Assembly (NCBI RefSeq): GCF_006345805.1
Contig: NC_043026.1
Span: 6,758,001-6,822,000, forward strand
Length of the DNA: 64,000 bases
Direction: 5' to 3'
Source: Octopus sinensis
Lineage: Eukaryota
The position numbers were made by a program, and so were the translations under genes. Shown here one piece after another: positions 1 to 11,554 of this stretch (positions within the stretch are counted from its first letter, which is position 1; every line of letters starts with the position of its first letter). Under the pieces are notes generated by a model. The model saw nothing but the letters and a program-made list of their open reading frames with translations, was not told the DNA's origin and ran no database searches.

Positions 1-372
1 ATCTCTCCGGAGAACATTCTTCTCTTTGTAGTTAGATCGTATGTGATCTTCTTCTAGCATATTGGTTGTCCACTTAGTGGTTATCCCTAAATATACGAAT
101 GTGTGTGTGTGTGTGTGTGTGTGTGTGTCTATATATATATATTTAAATATATATATACTTTCAGCAAAAACAATTAATATTCAAGTGAATTCCAATGAAT
201 TCACATGAATGTGGTACTTAACTTAGATGCACCAGAATTCTTTATGGTATTAACCATAAAATAATGTGGGGTGATTATAACCAAGAAAAAAGCAACAAGA
301 ATGGAGTAGTAGTTTAGTATGAAACAATTGTACTAAACTACTAATCCATTCTTGTTGCTTTTTTCTTGGTAA

Positions 373-432
<60 letters not shown>

Positions 433-1253
433 TGGAAAGGCATTAGGTGTAATATTTATCCCAAAGACCCTTCTCTTAAGACATTTTCTGTGTTAAACGC
501 GCGCACATACAAATGCTTTGTACTTCAATTTGTCACGTTTTAACGAATATGAAGTAAGTTTAGATTATAATCACAAGCATGGTCATGTGGTTAAGAAGTT
601 TAGTTCGCAGTTGTGTGGTTCTGAGTTCATTCCTTCTGCAAGGCATATTGCGCATAAAGGTGTTTTTAATGCAAAGCGTCCAAATGGTTAAATGAATTTC
701 ATACTGCTACCGAGGACTCAACTCTAAGGCTTAGACATCTCTTCTGTTATAGTTTCAGCTTCACCAATGCTTAATGAGAGGAATTTGGTTGACCAAAACT
801 GTGCAGGTGTCCGTCATACACACAGACAGACAGACATAGGTGTATATGAATCCACAAGGCAGAAAACATGCACTGGTATATTTGTATGATCTTGGTAATT
901 GGTTTTGTGTTGGAAATTAAACTAGATGTTAGATAACAGCATGATTGCGTTACCAGCTCTGACGAGTATGCAGTATTACATAACTGTACTGTTCTGAACA
1001 TCCTGTTTGATAACTAGTGTGAAACCAACTGCCAAGATTGTTGTTTTTTGTTCCTCCACAGTTCTAAGTTCTCTGGCTGGATCCTCATATTTCTCAGTTA
1101 CTTTGGTACCAACTTATTATGTGTCAGATCATAAAGTCTATGACCGTATAATTTGCTTCCATCCTTTACAATACCAATTATTATTATTATTATTATTCAA
1201 TGTTTTGGGTTAGATACATCAACCTTTGATATTGATTTATAAAAATGTGCTTG

Positions 1254-1857
1254 TTAACTCTTTCGTTACTGTATTTATTTTGAGATGCTCTGTGTTTCTT
1301 TCAATTAATTTTAAATATAACAAAGAATTTAGTAAAATAACTTTGTTATCATTAAGCTAGTGTTAGGAACATAAATTGTGACTAAGGTTTGGTGGAAGAT
1401 TTTAATTCAAAACTTATGAAAACAAGACATTTGTACAACAGGGCCAGGGGTGGTTTCAGCCAGGTTGGTAACGAAAGGGTTAAACGCACCTCTACATTTG
1501 GGCAGATGCACATTAGAAGCAGTTGGAAGGGTGTGGATTGAAGAAAATTTAGGCTATTATTTCTAGCATATAGAGTGACCATATTGAGGTCTCCTTCCCT
1601 TATGTCTTCTGCTGATTATTTTTCTTCTTAACCCTTTCATTACCGTATTTCTGTTGAGATGCTCCATGTCTCTTTCAATTAATCTTAAATATAACTAAGA
1701 ATTTAGTAAAATAACTTTGTTATCATTAAGCTAGTGTTAGGAACATAAATTGTGACTAAGGTTTGGTGGAAGATTTTAATTCAAAACTTATGAAAACAAG
1801 ACATTTGTATTACAGAACCAGAGGTGGTTTCAGCCAGGTTGGCATCGGAAGGGTTAA
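1254..1857 (+). mobile_element. Composite of two piggyBac-type MITEs (1258-1479, 1632-1853) around a spacer of about 150 bp
   Basis: TTAA|CCCTTT...AAAGGG|TTAA-type ends; the two units are direct repeats of each other. Confidence 0.8.
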
Positions 1858-2674
1858 ACAAAAATGAGGCTGTTACATTTATGGTTATATATTTGTGCTT
1901 TAGATTAAACTATTTTCTTGTTGTATGTGCAGAGGGCAAACAAGGAAGGTGAACTGGTGAAGAGGAGGAGGGGAAACACATATAAAAAAAAACATGTCAA
2001 ACACAGTACAAAATAAAATCACATAATATCAACAAAACAAGGCAAAAACGAAGAATTTAAATGCAAAATGACATTGAATTTACGATATATATTTACTACT
2101 ATATGTAGAGAAGTGAAAGAATACGATTAAAATGCAATTATTAATGAAAAATTTTAATTAATTAATAAACAAATGTTAGTAAAAATTAACGAATTCAATC
2201 AGACAAAAACAAAATTAGAAATTAATTAAAATATTAATATTCAAAATTCACAGATTGATGTCATTTTTAACAAATTTTAACAAAAGATTAATTAATTGCA
2301 ATATTATTATTATTATTAAGAAATACATCAGATTAAAAAGAAAAGAAAAATGATAAAACTTCATCATCATCATCATCATCATCCAAGCTGTGATGCTATT
2401 AATAGAACTGTCATCCTTTCAAAGCAGCCAATCAGAGGGGAGGACATACAGACAGACAAACAAACAGATGAAAGGATAAAATGGAGAGAGAGGAAGAGAG
2501 AGAAAGATAAGCAGGTGGGTAGATGGAATACAGAGCGGGGAAGGAGACAGACAGACAGACAGCCAAAGAGGAAAGAGAAAGAGACATGGAAAAGGGTGGA
2601 GGAGTGGGTGGAAGTGTGGATGGATGGTTGGCTGACCAGGTGGATGGAGGGATTGATAGATAGATAAGCAGATG

Positions 2675-2748
2675 AGCAGGTATCTGGACAGATGGGCAAG
2701 TACCTGGACAGGTGAGCGAGTACCTGGACAGGTGGGCGAGTACCAAGA
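2675..2748. repeat. Minisatellite of about 20 bp (gtacctggacaggtgggcga) within a GA/GATA-rich block
   Basis: Three to four direct copies visible. Confidence 0.75.
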
Positions 2749-3399
2749 TAGTTGAGCAGGTATACAGCTAAATACATACCTGGGTAGTTTGGTAGGTAGG
2801 TAGAGGGAAAGGGAAACAGACGAATAGAAAAGTAGTTAGATATGTAGGCAAACAGGTGAGCAAACGGATAAATGGGTGGATAGAGAGATCTACCTGGGCA
2901 GGTAGAGAAAGAGGCGGAAGAGCAAAGGGAAAAGTAGGTAGAGTGGTTGTTAGTTAGATAGCCGGATAGGCAGGTGGATGATTAATCAGATAGATGTAGA
3001 GGGAGATAGCTTGGCAGGTAGTTAATTAAGAGGTGAGAGGTGGGTAAGTACAAACAGACAGGTAGAAGGTGAAATGAGAAGACGCAACACACAAAGACAA
3101 ACAAGAAAATTTTTTTATAAATATAAAAGGAAGCAATGTATGTATAAAAGTATGTGTATGTGTGTGTATATATATAAGTAAAAGTGTAGGAATGAGACAA
3201 TTGGGCACTGCTGTTTGGCTGCTGGTGATTTGGCATGGCTGACTGGAGATTGAGCTATTTTGATGCCGGTACTTTTTGGCACTGGAGGCAAATACACTCT
3301 CACACACATGCAAATAGAAATATACAGAGAGAGAAAGAGAGAGAGATTCAATATATGAACTGAACATGATTGACAAACACTTCCGCACTCTTCATAAGC

Positions 3400-3436
<37 letters not shown>

Positions 3437-5538
3437 TAGAGAGGAAGGGAGAGAGAGAGAGAGAGAGATTATACATACAAAGATAACTAGATGTTCACAC
3501 TCGTAAACAGAAGGAGAGAGAGAGAGAGAGACGTTAGACTTGAACACAATTGACAGACACTTTTCCTCTCTTCAGACACACAAATCAAAATATAATTACA
3601 CACATGAACAGAGGGATAAGCGGGGGAGGAGGAGAAGATGAAAGAAGCATTCAAACATCTGATATCAGTCTTGATGCCAGCATTGAGTCAGCAACACCAA
3701 AGAGGCAGCGCCAAAACAGCAATGCCAAAATGTCCCACACCCCATATATACACACACACACACAAAGACACAAATAAATACATATGTGTGTATATATATA
3801 TATATACTTTCTCGTCTCCAACAACTTGGTCTGTCCATCCACTTCAAATCTTACAATACTTTCACAAAAAGTAGTCTTTCAGTCATTTTTTTTTGTGGGG
3901 GTGTAAGTGGGGGGTAAATATGTCTTAGACTGTCTCTCCTACCTTTCAGGGACCATCGTTATGAACGCATCAACACAATCACACAAACTGCCAGAAATTA
4001 CCAAACACCCCCTGAATCACATTGGCTAGTGTCTTTACACACGTACCCCCCCAGTGATTTATTTTTATTATTTTTATTTCATCTAGTTTCAGCTCACGAG
4101 CTGTGGCCATGCTGGGGTACCACCATTTATGAGAGAAAGTTGTGGCGAAAGAGTCAGCAGAAGTTTGCCATTACTTTCTGCCGGAGCCGCGTGGAGCTTA
4201 GGTGTTTCGCTCATAAACACATACATTTTGGGGAGGGAGCCAGTCGATCATATCGATCCCAGTATGCAACTGGTACTTAATTTATTGACCCTGAAAGAAT
4301 GAAAAGCAAAGTTGACCTTGGTGGAATTTGAACTCAGACCGTAAAGACAGATGAAATCCCTATTTCTTTAGTGCCCACAAGGGGCTAAACACGGAGGGGA
4401 CAAACAAGGACAGACAAAGGGATTAAGTCGATTACCTCGACCCCAGTGCATAATTGGTACTTTATTTATTGACCCCGGAAGGATGAAAGGCAAAGTTGTC
4501 CTCGGCGGAATTTGAACTCAGAACGTAGTGGCAGACGAAATACCACTAAGAATTTCGCCCAGTGTGCTAATGTTTCTGCCAGCTTTTGTGACAATCTGAT
4601 GGATGCAGTTCTGTGAGGAAATGCATTTGAGGAAGTGAAGGCAGCATCCTTCTAGTTATGGACAACACAACCTAAATCCGTCATGCCATATATATATATA
4701 TATGTATATATATCTACTGTCTCCATAAACAGAGACATCTTGAGGGCATCCTTCAAGGTTTGCCAGTTCAATTTGCATTAGTTTGTCAGTTCAATCCTCT
4801 GATCAAGAAGCACATTTGTATCCTTGGTCAAGAAACTAATTCACATTGTCCTCCCTCAGTCATCTTCAAATGAGTTACACTAAGGTGTTGCTCAGAAATG
4901 CAGAGGCTACTGGTCCTGGATGTGGACAACCCTTAATAACAAGACACATGAGACAACAAGGGCACAACAATGAAATGTGGTGTCCCTTTATGACATGTAC
5001 AGATGTCTGGCCCTTTTGTTTGTTTGTGTCTCCCTCTCTCACACACTGTGATTGTGATGCCCTCCCCCAGAGCAATAACTTTCACCTTGGACATAAGTTT
5101 TGGTAAAATTTTCTCTCAACCAAACGAAAGAGCTGACCCAAGACATATTTACCAGAGAAAAAAAAAGGGGGAAAAAAAAAGGGAAAAAAAAAGTGACTGA
5201 TTTTAAAAAGAAATGAATAAAGTATTGAAAGAACTGAAAAGAAATTGAATCCATTAATTAATTATAATTATTTTAACGACACACAACAAACAAATTCATT
5301 ATGTCAGTAGAAAAAAACTAAAAAAAAAAAAAACCTCTTAAGCCGTTGTTATGGTATTTGGTGCATTGATTGTTGCTAACAAACCAGTAATTAACGTGGT
5401 TAATGAAGAAAAACAACAAACACTCACTGTTGACAATCATTGCTGTTTGTAGTGGTGGTCACCGTAAGGTTTGGTGAGATGGACATCCAAAATATAACAT
5501 TCACGCAGGTGTACATATCTCTATATATATATGTATGT

Positions 5539-5720
5539 TAAAAACAGAACACAAAGGGTATCACGGTACACGTGTTTCAAGCTTTATAAACAATTCGTTC
5601 TTACATCAGTGTATTATTGATATAAAAGATGGTTTAAAGCTCTCTTCAGCCGCAAACATTGAAACGTGTTTATAAAGCTTGAAACACATGTACCGCGATA
5701 TCCTTTATGTTCTGTTTTTA
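5539..5720. repeat. Fold-back / MITE-like element (arms about 54 bp)
   Basis: taaaaacagaacacaaaggg...aagctttataaaca versus tgtttataaagctt...cctttatgttctgttttta. Confidence 0.85.
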
Positions 5721-5844
5721 ATTTATATTTGATATATACCCTCTCACCTCTGCCACTATTTGGCATATACAGGTGCTTACACTTATCAAGTATTCACTCT
5801 AAATTTACAGTACCTACTTGATCTATATATGTATATATATATAA

Positions 5845-6219
5845 TACATACATATAACAGGAATGACCACTAGGTGGATTGTTCATATGCTAAAGGTAGG
5901 CACCATATGGTCTGACCATTAAGAAAAATTAGAAGTTCTCTCTCTGGAGGATGTCTTGTGTATAGTTTTGCCAATTATATTTTCTAAGACGGTCACACTG
6001 ATGATCTGCAGACATTTACACAATGTAAATGGTAACAATGAAACCTAGGTATGCGACATATCACTAATCTTTGTATCTTTTCATTTGTCTTGCTCAATTT
6101 ATGTTCTGGCATTTGCCGAGATTTCTTGGGAACAATTTTTCTTAATGGTCAGACCACATGGGGTCTACCTTTAGCAAATTAGGAATCCACCTATCAGTCA
6201 TTCCTCTTATATGTATGTA
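5845..6219. repeat. MITE-like element with imperfect TIRs of about 75 bp
   Basis: tacatacatataacaggaatgacc...ggtctgaccattaagaaaaatt versus aatttttcttaatggtcagacc...gtcattcctcttatatgtatgta. Confidence 0.8.
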
Positions 6220-6829
6220 ATATAATTTTTCTGAATCTTTGGACATTTTAAATATGCTAGGCCACTGATTTAAATTGATATTGATTTAATTAATATTAAT
6301 TTTTACCCTCATTATTTAAACATACATACACACACACATACATACATAGTCAAGGTTGCAAAATTATACAACTAAGACAGATCCAAACTCTCACACCTAC
6401 CCTACAATGTCATGTAAGAAATAAACAATCAAATCACTGGAATCTCAAAGCTATGAGATAATCCAGGATTAATTCAAAATAATATCTGAAGAAATAAGGA
6501 TCGCATTTGACAGATTAATCTGATTGCTAAAGGTAATTTAGTGAATGAATTTAATTATGTTGGAGACGCTAATTATTATTCGTTGTACATGTATTAGCAT
6601 TTCCAATGAAGACTTTTATAATTTGACCACAAGTTTGACCAAACTCTTGGCTGTCCATCTTAAAACCATAACACAACGACAAAAAAAAAAATAAAAAAGA
6701 GGGTTTTCTTTTTTTTTAGCAAAATTTTTGACTGAATGTTGGAGAAGTTAAAAAAAGAAACAGGGGGCATGGGGGCAGTGTTTCAGGGCCGACACACAAC
6801 ACATTGCTTTTGGAGAGCAAACCACAAAC

Positions 6830-6853
6830 CTTCGTTATCTTGGATATAGTAAG
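6830..6853 (-). CDS. Candidate 24-nt talin microexon, (A)YYIQDNE(G), phase 1/1
   Basis: Acceptor GAGTTTTTCGTTTTTACAG|CT; donor GAAG|GTTTGT; stop-free and frame-preserving in the phase-1 intron after the R12 exon. No homology support. Confidence 0.4.
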
Positions 6854-7064
6854 CTGTAAAAACGAAAAACTCTTAAAGCTGAAGACAACAGAAATTTCTG
6901 ATGAGTTTTGCAAAGAGGCGTCGGTAACAACAATAACAATGCAACAATTGGTGCCACATGGTGAGTGTATATACACATATATACACATATGTGTATGTAT
7001 GTATATATATATTATGTTAGCATTTGATCCCATAGTGTGGTAAGGAAAGAAACATAAAAACATA

Positions 7065-7102
<38 letters not shown>

Positions 7103-7642
7103 ATATTAACTTTGGTACAATCTGTGTGTATTTATAATATATATATGTGTGTGTATATGTGGATAATTTCAACTAAATTTTCTTTTTATAAGGAAGTGGA
7201 GGCTTTCATTCATTTGTAGTTATCTCACTTGAATTTTAACACTAATGAGAGGATAAGTAGTTTGAAATGTAAAAAAGGGTCCATGGGGGGGATACTTTTT
7301 ACACTTTTTGCCTAAAGCAGAAATTTTTCTCTCTGATAATCCAGAGTGAAAAGAGGGTTTTTTTACAGGTTAAATATGTCCCCCAAATGTATTTGAACTG
7401 ATTGACAATTTTGTTTAGTCCCCATCACTGCTTTGCATTCCAACCATGTGTATATATCTATGTATACATACATATATTATCATTACTGCTTCTGCCTTAG
7501 CAAAAGCAGAGGTATTGTTTTTAGTTGTATTTGTCTGGACAAGATATCTTAAGATATCTCATACATGGATAATATCATAATCCTTTACAAAACCTTTTTT
7601 CCAAATTTTCCCAAAAATTACAGGGTTCATACATGTTAAAAT

Positions 7643-7699
<57 letters not shown>

Positions 7700-7710
7700 T
7701 ATATATATAC

Positions 7711-8097
7711 TCTTTTACTCGTTTCAGTCATTTGACTGTGGCCATGCTGGAGCACTGCCTTTAATCGAGCAACTCGACCCCGGGACTTATTCTTTTGTAA
7801 GCTCAGTACTTATTCCATCGGTCTCTTTTGCCGAACCGCTAAGTAACGGGGACATAAACACACCAGCATTGGTTGTCAAGCAACGCTAGGGGGACAAACA
7901 CAGACACACAAACACACACACGCATATATATACATATATACGACGGGCTTCTTTCAGTTTCCGTCTACCAAATCCACTCACAAGGCTTTGGTCGGCCCGA
8001 GGCTATAGTAGAAGACACTTGCCCAAGGTGCCACGCAGTGAGACTGAACCCGGAACCATGTGGTTGGTAAACAAGCTACTTACCACACAGCCACTCT
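7711..8097 (-). mobile_element. tRNA-derived SINE family A (about 390 bp, internal CA/TA tract)
   Basis: Head GTGGCTGTGTGGTAAGTAG...GGTTCCGGGTTCAGTC (A/B-box-like); multiple copies in the window. Confidence 0.85.
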
Positions 8098-8597
8098 TGT
8101 GGTAATATATATATATTTATAGAGAGAAAAGCATTAAGGGCCAGCAGAAGGATATTTGAGAGTTGCACACGACCCTGGGAGCTGCAGGTAAGAATTGCTA
8201 GTCTAACCCTGTTTACCACACACACACACATATATTTGTATACAAACAGTTCTTGCTTATACTATATATACATTATTTCATATATATACATATATATATA
8301 TACATTGATATACTGACAGATGGATTACAAGTTGCTAGTGTTATCACAAACACAAAACATTTAACAGAGGTAAAATATTTACAGAGATATTCACTAATTA
8401 GTGGTAATTACTGATCAATATCGTTAAGTCTCATGTCCACAGCAATCACCAGAAGAACATGGAAACAAACAGCTCTTGGAGAAGCCAGAGAGCGCAACAC
8501 CAAATTCAGTTCTTTGAGAAGGTTCTTTGTTTCTAGGTCTGTCTGGTGATTGCCACATCCATGACGCTTGGTACAGATGCAAAACCAGTAGTTACCA

Positions 8598-8643
<46 letters not shown>

Positions 8644-10904
8644 TATTTATGTATACATACACACACACACATTGTATTTGATGGCATAAAATATATTTCT
8701 TTACTACTCACGAGGGGACAAACAAGGACAGACAAAGGGATTAAGTCGATTACATCGATCCCCAGTGCATAACTGGCACTTAATTTATCGACCCCAAAAG
8801 GATGAAAGGCAAAGTCGACCTCAGCGGAATTTGAACTCGGAACGCAACGACAGACGAAATACGGCTACGCATTTCGCCCAGCATGCTAACGTTTCTGCCA
8901 GCTTGCCGATGTTTGGCCATATTAGATGCACCAAAGAATCAGCAGTGTATTCTCAAGAGAAGAAAAAAAAAAAGGTGGGGGGGGGTCTTTTGAGCATTAA
9001 AGCTTATGGGAGGCCCAACCATGAATATAGGACCTAGGGTGGCTTTTTGGGGATATTTTGGGGTTAAAAACAGGGCATCTTATATACCACAAAATACAGT
9101 ATGTGTGCATATATATATATATATGCATATTTCAGAAAATCACTTAAACAGAAAATTTCAAAATTTTACAAATTCTAATAAAATATTGAATATATTTTTT
9201 GAAACTAAACAGTAAAATATGTTAATTTTTTTTCTGTGTGTTTTGGTTTTGTAGGGGAGAAAATATGAAACAGGACTGGGTGAGCAAATAGACCCAAGGA
9301 CACCACTGGTACATAGTTTATCCTTCATTACCTCCCAACCAATAAGAATGCAGTAAAGCCTTATGCTGGGTGTAGTAGCATACGGGGATGGGGTGGAAAG
9401 CGGGCGCATGTGTTGGGCCATTGTGTGTGCACTTAGGTGTAAGTGTGCGGATGTGTGTTGCACTTGCACACATATGCATCTCAATACATGTGAGCCTGTG
9501 CATGTGTGTGCATTAGTGTGTGCACGTGATAGTGTGTTGTATGTGTACACTATTGCGTATGCATGTGTGTATGAGTATCTGAGCAAATGTGTATGTTGGT
9601 GTGTGTAAGTATTGATCAGTGCACTAATGGTATGTATACGAGTGAGTGTATATTGGTGTGAGTATATATACTAGTGCATGTGTATATACATGTGTGCAAG
9701 TGTAAAATGGTATATTTATTTGTTGTGTGTATAAATGTGTAGAGTGTGTGTGTGTGGGGGGGGGGTTTGAGTTGTTCAACTGAAACCCTTCAAGGCAGTG
9801 CTCCAGCATGGCCACAGTCAATTGAGTGACATGAATTAAGATAAAAGATTTTGGTTTGTATTTCTGAGAGAACAAGCCTAAAAGTTGTATAGTCTGCTGT
9901 GTGTATATATGTGTGTGTATATGAATGTAACAAGACTAACAATAGTTTTATATTATTATTATTAATAATAAAATAATTCTAAAATTTAAAAAATAAAATT
10001 TCCAAACAACAAAAAGAAAAACAGAAAGAAAAAAAAGAAAAAAAAAACAGGAAAATTCTTTGCTTTTTTTAGTTTTACCTGAACACAGACCAAAAAAGAA
10101 AACCAACCCAAAACATGCCCACCACCTCTGAAAACTGGAGAGGTGAGGGCGAGGTAAGGCACAAGTGAAAGGAAATGGTTGTGCAGAAAAGCAAGGGTTC
10201 CAAATGCTACAATTATTTGCCAAAAGGTTAAAAGTAAGGGTCATGGCGGCAGGGGTCACACACATGCCGAAACCATTTTGGAATTCTGTAATTCTAGAGA
10301 ACCTGACATTGTACACAGACAGAATGATTCTCCTGAAGCAAGTTTGATGCGAACATTGTGAAGTGTATAGCTTGCTGATGAGGTGCAATAACATTTAAGC
10401 ATGTTTGGAGTTGTCTTTTCCTGATATGATTAAAATGAGGTTAGTTTTGAGCAAATGCGCAGAGCCTAGGGGTTAGGCAGTTCTACACAGGATCATAAGA
10501 TTGTGGTTTTGATCCTTGGAGCGAGTGAAGTGTTATGTTCTTGGGCAAAACCCTTAATTTGACTTTGCTCTGGTGCTGTGTTGGGGACCGGCACGTCAAA
10601 GAATAGACCCAACGTTTCTTTTGCATGTTGTAAACAGCAATGAGAAGAGAGTTGAGTTAAGATTTGCACTCTGACCTTGCAAAAAAACCCCAGTGATGAC
10701 CATCCTGAACAGATCCCTGGGCTGGAGGGCTTTTGCCTGAATGGTGGTGCAAAAGCGTCACCTGCCAGGAATGGAGAATCACTAACAATTGGTCGATGCT
10801 GTTACAGTGAATGTCCCCAGACTTCTACCACTGAGAGAATCCTGTATCCTGACCATTCTTCTGAGAGAGTTCGAATGAAGATTATTATGTGAAATATCCT
10901 AATT

Positions 10905-11153
10905 CTACTGCATATGTGTGTGTCCGAATGCGTGCACATGTGTATGTATACATATGTGTGCATGTATTATGTATACATGTGTGTATGTATGTATACGTGT
11001 GTATGTATGTATACATGTGTGTGTGTGTATGTATACGTGTGTGTGTATGTATACGTGTGTGTGTATGTATGTATACATATGTGTATGTATGCATATATGT
11101 GTATGTATGTATGTATGCATGTATATATATATATATATGCATGTACGTATACA

Positions 11154-11214
<61 letters not shown>

Positions 11215-11228
11215 CATGTACGTATACA

Positions 11229-11290
<62 letters not shown>
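10905..11290. repeat. Compound (TG)n/(TA)n microsatellite
   Basis: Direct reading; source of the YIYI/CVCV/HTHT ORF artefacts. Confidence 0.97.
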
Positions 11291-11292
<2 letters not shown>

Positions 11293-11448
11293 GGCAAATA
11301 TGTATGCATGTATGCTTGAGTAAAAGCTATCCAGTCTGTCTGTATGCACATATGCTGTGTTGATACCCCAAGTGCATAACAATTCCTCCACCCTGACCCA
11401 CCCCATATACCCGGAACACACAGAAAAAAGAATGAAGTGCTGTATCAC

Positions 11449-11554
11449 CTTTGATAGCTTCCGCACACTGCACAATTTCTGCGACGGACGTGGCCACATT
11501 TCTTGACACGCTCACCATGTTTTGTTTCGATTCAGCTGAGGGCTTCTGTAGAGC
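11449..11554 (-). CDS. TLN1: Talin exon (end of R12): [35 protein letters not shown](G)
   Basis: 106 nt, phase 0/1; acceptor CGTTACAG|GCT, donor AAAG|GTGATA; matches human TLQKPSPELKQQL...AAEAMKG. Confidence 0.95.

Noticed and set aside
3550-3777. Plus-strand ORF containing DASIESATPK, superficially like talin R13 AASIEAAAKK
   Set aside because: Wrong strand relative to the gene, short low-complexity match, and no surrounding R13 motifs (EWVDP, NFEEQILEAAK).
5376-5520. Minus-strand donor ACA|GTGAGT at 5427 with a nearby acceptor at 5376
   Set aside because: The implied intron is only about 52 nt, no convincing upstream acceptor exists, and the phases are incompatible as a single cassette.
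7990-8097. tRNA gene calls at the SINE heads
   Set aside because: A/B-box-like motifs are fused to SINE bodies and lack a full cloverleaf; they are SINE promoters, not tRNA genes.
8408-8599. Minus-strand open stretch GGNYWFCICTK...LLKELNLVLRSL...IDQ* in phase 1
   Set aside because: The acceptor is preceded only by (TA)n with no pyrimidine tract, and I recognise no homology.
10885-11499. Overlapping ORFs of 130-204 aa rich in YI/CV/HT (similar cases at 23035-23530, 44438-44947, 62458-62859 and elsewhere)
   Set aside because: Dinucleotide microsatellites lack stops in several frames; no coding signature.
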